From: Dehalococcoidia bacterium
GTDB lineage: Bacteria > Chloroflexota > Dehalococcoidia > Dehalococcoidales > SURF-40
DNA length: 54,464 bases
NCBI GenBank assembly: GCA_003599745.1
Contig: QZJL01000058.1
Location: 1-54,464, forward strand
Direction: 5' to 3'
The notes under the pieces were generated by a model that was not told the origin of the DNA, made no database searches, and was given only the letters and a program-made list of their open reading frames with translations. Position 1 is the stretch's first letter, and every line of letters begins with the position of its first letter. Positions 45,008 to 54,464 of the stretch are shown piece by piece. Position numbers and translations under genes: made by a program.

Positions 45008-46489
45008 CTAGATGCGGGCGGCGGCGACCTTGCGGAAGTGGTAGCCATACACCGAAAGGACGATGAACCTGGCAAACTTGGCGGGGGAACTCAGCAGATA
45101 GGTAATGAACAGCCGCCAGTAGTGCCTTCGCCCCTTGCCGCGCAGGCCCAAAAACCAGATGGAGCGGAAAAAGGCCTTTACTTGATGTGACTGTATCTGG
45201 GGCTTACGGTGCCCCGGCGGCCGGTACACCTTCATGAACGTTCTGATTCGCTCGTAGTAATACCTGGGAGAATAGATAGTATCCAGGACGTGCTGGTAGC
45301 CGGCAACTAATTTATCGGCGTTCATTTTGGGGATGAAGTTGAGGGAAAAGTCGGTGTTGTTGCCGGTAAAGGTCTTCAGGAGGCGGTTTTCCTTCTCCAA
45401 CCGGTGGTAAAGCCTGGTTCCGGATGGGGCGTTAAGCAGCCCTACCATAGCCGTGACGATGCCGCTTTTCTGGATAAAGTCTATCTGGGTCTGGAAAATC
45501 GTCTCGGAGTCGCTGTCAAAGCCGATGATAAAGCCGCCTTGCACTTCCAGACCGGCCTTCTGGAGCTTCTTTACCGAAGCGACCAGGTCACGGTTTTGAT
45601 TCTGGGCTTTGGTGCATTCCACCAGGCTTTTCTCGTTAGGGGTCTCGATGCCGACAAACACCACGTCAAAGCCGGCGGCCACCATCAGCCGCATCAGCTC
45701 GTCATCGTCGGCCAGGTTAACCGACACCTCCGTGCAGATGGCAAACGGGAAGCGGTGGCTTTTGCGCCAGGCGATGAGAGCGGGTAATATCTCGGCCTTC
45801 AGCTTCTTTTTGTTGCCGATGAAATTATCATCAACGATGAAAAGGCTGCCGCGCCAGCCCCGGGTGTAGAGAGCGTCCATCTCGGAAATCAGCTGCTCCC
45901 GGCTCTTGGTGCGCGGCGTGTGGCCGTTCAGCAGCACGATGTCGCAGAATTCACAGTCGTAAGGACACCCCCGGGAATACTGCAGGTTCATCGAGGAATA
46001 GTTTTTGATGTTTATCAGGGACCACATCGGAATGGGGATGTTTGTAATCTCCGGGCGCTCGGAGGAAACGTAAATATGCCTGGCACAGCCTTTTTCAAGG
46101 TCTGCCAGGAAAGGCTTCAAGCTGGCTTCAGCCTCGCCCAGGACGAAGTGGTCAATTCCCTCGAACTGCTCGTGCCCGGTGGTAAACAGCGGCCCGCCAG
46201 CCACGGTTTTAGCGCCGAGTTTCCGGCACTGGGCAACCACTTTTTTCACCGATTCTTTCTGCACTTCCATGGCGCTGATGAATACGTAGTCAGCCCACTT
46301 GATGTCCCGGTCGTTAAGCCGGCTGACGTTCATGTCCACCAGTTTTTTCTCCCACACCTCGGGGAGCATGGCCGCCACCGTGAGCAATCCCAGAGGCGGG
46401 AAAGCGGCTTTCTTGGAAACGAATTTCAGGGCGTGCTTGAAGCTCCAGAAAGTATCAGGGTAATTGGGGTAAACGAACAGTATTTTCAT
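45008..46489 (-). CDS. B12-binding domain-containing (class B) radical SAM protein
   Basis: The N-terminal domain has the cobalamin-binding-domain pattern (MKILFVYPNY..PPLGLLTVAAML). Also contains YSRGCPYDCEFCD (CxxxCxxC) and a long C-terminal extension. Confidence 0.9.
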   Translation of the reverse strand: MKILFVYPNYPDTFWSFKHALKFVSKKAAFPPLGLLTVAAMLPEVWEKKLVDMNVSRLNDRDIKWADYVFISAMEVQKESVKKVVAQCRKLGAKTVAGGPLFTTGHEQFEGIDHFVLGEAEASLKPFLADLEKGCARHIYVSSERPEITNIPIPMWSLINIKNYSSMNLQYSRGCPYDCEFCDIVLLNGHTPRTKSREQLISEMDALYTRGWRGSLFIVDDNFIGNKKKLKAEILPALIAWRKSHRFPFAICTEVSVNLADDDELMRLMVAAGFDVVFVGIETPNEKSLVECTKAQNQNRDLVASVKKLQKAGLEVQGGFIIGFDSDSETIFQTQIDFIQKSGIVTAMVGLLNAPSGTRLYHRLEKENRLLKTFTGNNTDFSLNFIPKMNADKLVAGYQHVLDTIYSPRYYYERIRTFMKVYRPPGHRKPQIQSHQVKAFFRSIWFLGLRGKGRRHYWRLFITYLLSSPAKFARFIVLSVYGYHFRKVAAARI

Positions 46490-46509
46490 TTTATGCCTGC
46501 TTTTTAAGG

Positions 46510-47742
46510 TTAGCGTGTGTTGGCCGCGGTTACCCAGCCGCCGCGTGCGGGAGCGAATCGGCGCTCCGGGTTAAACCGGCGGTTTTGCCCGGGGCGGGCA
46601 CTCACCCTGGGAGACGGCGGCGTCCCGTAGTTAAAGTTTTCCAGCGTGCGCCGTTCGATTTTCTTTTTCAGGATTTTCTCAATGGCGTTAACCACCTCGG
46701 TGTCTTCGCTGGTTGCCAGCGTCAGGGCGTCACCATTGTTATTCACCCGCCCGGTGCGGCCGATGCGGTGGATATAGGCATCGGTGGTATCGGGCATATC
46801 GTAGTTGATAACGTGTGAAATGCTCAGGATATCGAGGCCGCGGGCGGCGATGTCGGTGGCCACCAGAATCTTGTAGGAGCCGTCGCGGAAACCGTCAAGC
46901 GCTTCCTGCCGACGGTTTTGCGCCAGATTGCCCTGCAGCGAAGTTACCCGGTAGCCGTCCCTTTCCAGTTGCTGCGCCAGGCGCTCCGTCCGGTGCTTGG
47001 TGCGGGTGAAAATAAGCACCGAGTCGGTTTTGACGCTTTTCAAAATTGCTTTCAGCAGCGCGGTCTTAAGGTGCGGCGACACCGGGTAAAGGGCGTGCGA
47101 CACCGATTTCGCCGGAAGCGTCTGGTCGACCTGCACGGTTACCGGTTTATCCATAACCTCAAGCACCAGCTTGCGGATGTCATCCGGCATCGTCGCCGAG
47201 AAAAGCAGTGTCTGGTGTTTGTGCAGGATGCACTTCAGGATGTTCCGGGTATCGGGCAAAAAGCCCATGTCGAACATGCGGTCGGCCTCGTCAATGACGA
47301 GGGTCTCCAGCTTTTCCAGATTCAGCGTGCCTTTCCAGAGATGGTCAAGCAGGCGGCCGGGGCAGGCCACGACAATATCCACCCCGGCGCGCAATTTTCG
47401 CGTCTGCTGTTCCATGCTTACGCCGCCATAAACCGCCAGGCTCCGCAGCCCGGTCTTGCCGCCCAGCCCGCTGATAACTTCACAGGTCTGCTCCGCCAGT
47501 TCGCGGGTAGGCGAGATTATAAGGGCCCGGATGCGTCCCCTGGGACCTAGCTGCAGGCGCTGTAAGATAGGCAGTATGAAAGCGGCGGTCTTACCGGTGC
47601 CGGTTTGCGCCTGCCCGATGACGTCCCGCCCTTCGATAATCGGCGGGATGGCCTTTGCCTGGATTGGTGTGGGTTCAGAGTAGCCAAGCGCCCGCACACC
47701 GGCCATGACGCTGGGATGAAGATTAAAGGTTTCGAAATTCAT
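46510..47742 (-). CDS. DEAD-box ATP-dependent RNA helicase
   Basis: Q motif, AQTGTGKT, DEAD (VIDEADRM), SAT, HRIGRTGR, and a basic tail. Confidence 0.95.
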   Translation of the reverse strand: MNFETFNLHPSVMAGVRALGYSEPTPIQAKAIPPIIEGRDVIGQAQTGTGKTAAFILPILQRLQLGPRGRIRALIISPTRELAEQTCEVISGLGGKTGLRSLAVYGGVSMEQQTRKLRAGVDIVVACPGRLLDHLWKGTLNLEKLETLVIDEADRMFDMGFLPDTRNILKCILHKHQTLLFSATMPDDIRKLVLEVMDKPVTVQVDQTLPAKSVSHALYPVSPHLKTALLKAILKSVKTDSVLIFTRTKHRTERLAQQLERDGYRVTSLQGNLAQNRRQEALDGFRDGSYKILVATDIAARGLDILSISHVINYDMPDTTDAYIHRIGRTGRVNNNGDALTLATSEDTEVVNAIEKILKKKIERRTLENFNYGTPPSPRVSARPGQNRRFNPERRFAPARGGWVTAANTR

Positions 47743-47860
47743 TAATATCCTTTGTTAAATTACAGGCCAGGCGGTTGATTTACCGGTCACTTTATGCGAA
47801 ACAGCGATTTCTGATTTCCTTCCCAATCGCTAATTCTATGACAAGACTCGCCTGACCTTA

Positions 47861-47898
47861 GGTAACGTCCGGATTGGTTGCCCAACCCGGACGTTACC
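47861..47898 (-). terminator. 12-bp-stem hairpin downstream of the zinc-ribbon gene (no clear U tract)
   Basis: GGTAACGTCCGG (47861..47872) pairs with CCGGACGTTACC (47887..47898). Confidence 0.4.
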
Positions 47899-47911
47899 GG
47901 AAGGTTTTGCC

Positions 47912-48241
47912 TTACCTTGAAGGCTTTACTGTGCGAAAGCAGTCGCTGCAATATACCGGCCGGCCGCTGCGCGGCTCGAAGGGTACTTCAGTCTGTTTGC
48001 CACATGAGGCGCAAGTCGCGGGGAACATCTGGCGCGGTGAGCCGTAGCCACCGGAGCCATAGCCACCGGAACCATAGCTGCCGCTTCCGGCACGCTCTGA
48101 CTTCCTGGCCTGACGGCAATCGGGGCAGCGCTTGGGCTCATTGGTGTAGCCTTTGGTCTGGAAAAACTCCTGGTCCTGAGCGCTGAAGGTGAATGTCTTG
48201 CCGCAGTCGGCGCACTGAAGGGACTTATCCTGAAAACTCAT
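47912..48241 (-). CDS. zinc-ribbon protein with CxxC-x17-CxxC domain and Gly/Ser/Tyr linker
   Basis: Contains CADCGKTFTF..CPDC, then GSGSYGSGGYGSGGYGS, then CASCGKQTEVPFEPRSGRPVYCSDC. Confidence 0.8.
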   Translation of the reverse strand: MSFQDKSLQCADCGKTFTFSAQDQEFFQTKGYTNEPKRCPDCRQARKSERAGSGSYGSGGYGSGGYGSPRQMFPATCASCGKQTEVPFEPRSGRPVYCSDCFRTVKPSR

Positions 48242-48419
48242 CGGATGACCTCCTCTCTTTTAGATTAGTTAGAGTTCGGGTCATCCAACACTTGAGAACA
48301 ATCGGCTGAGGAAGTTTCTGTTGCGCTTGATTAACCTAAACTTTGAACTTACCATAAATTATACTACAAATAGAACGACTTGGCAAATGGCGCTAAACCG
48401 TTGGCTGAAAAGTAGCCTC

Positions 48420-52480
<4,061 letters not shown>

Positions 52481-52484
<4 letters not shown>

Positions 52485-52951
52485 AAGAACTGATACCAAT
52501 TTCAGTCATTGGCGCCGGGCAGTGCAGCAAACGGGAAGCCAGGCTCGCCGAAGAGGTGGGAAGAGAGATTGCCCGCGCCGGGGCGGTGCTCATCTGCGGG
52601 GGGCTGGGCGGCGTCATGGAGGCCGCCTCGCGAGGCGCGAGCGTTGCCGGAGGGCTTGTCGTCGGCATACTGCCGGGCGAAAATCCCAAGCAGGCTAACC
52701 CCTACGTAAAGCTGGCGATTGCCAGCGGCGTTGGCCGCGCCCGCAATATGGCAATCGCCAAGTCGGCAAGGGCGGTGATTGCCGTGGGCGGCGGCTACGG
52801 CACCCTCTCCGAAATCGCCTACGCCCTGCAAAGCGGCATTCCGGTCATCGGCTTAAATACCTGGGAGCTTATTAAAAACGGCAAGCCGCAGGATGTCATC
52901 ATCAAGGCCGAAACCGCCGCCGAAGCGGTGAAAATAGCGATGAAGACATAA
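52481..52951 (+). CDS. TIGR00725-like (LOG/DprA-fold) protein
   Basis: Contains ISVIGAG...LICGGLGGVMEAASRGA...GGGYGTLSEI. Confidence 0.8.
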
Positions 52952-52979
52952 AGAAAACCGGCAGCAATGGAAGTGCTAT

Positions 52980-54464
<1,485 letters not shown>

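Overview
High-GC bacterial chromosomal segment. The gene content (acVLRF1-like factor, DUF5679, ACR3/ArsC, SelA/SelB, NifS/NifU) is reminiscent of Chloroflexota, but that is inference only. It is densely packed with housekeeping genes: rpoD 3' end, uvrB, ruvA/ruvC, yebC, cobC/cobS, ccdA, crp-like, mutS2, rnhA, ubiX, an ars operon, selB/selA, a nifS/nifU/dsrE/tusA cluster, ribF, tyrS, serA, a DEAD-box helicase, ligA, pth and the eno 5' end. Several visibly AT-richer accessory blocks interrupt this backbone. (1) 3.4-5.3 kb holds a three-gene cassette of two divergent DUF488 genes plus an uncharacterised 243-aa protein, between uvrB and ruvAC. (2) 8.8-13.9 kb holds a ~5 kb integrated element with an HUH rolling-circle Rep, two tandem mosaic tyrosine recombinases, Cys-rich mini-proteins and a highly structured 546-bp central control region. 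(3) Three single-gene islands are present: TolB-like, RAMA/DUF4357-like and DUF4238. Things the ORF track misses: a glutaredoxin-like selenoprotein (in-frame TGA plus downstream hairpin, 35750..35989, minus strand) close to selA/selB; a DUF5679 mini-gene; small ORFs; and the partial rpoD and eno genes at the window edges. Other items worth a second look are a translationally coupled MutS2 / Vms1-like (VLRF1) pair, a ~0.45 kb riboswitch-like structured leader upstream of a phosphoribosyltransferase gene, and a 55-bp direct repeat that duplicates the 3' end of a DUF1015 gene 3.5 kb away. I found no rRNA, tRNA or CRISPR array. All family assignments rest on motif recognition by eye; no database search was possible.
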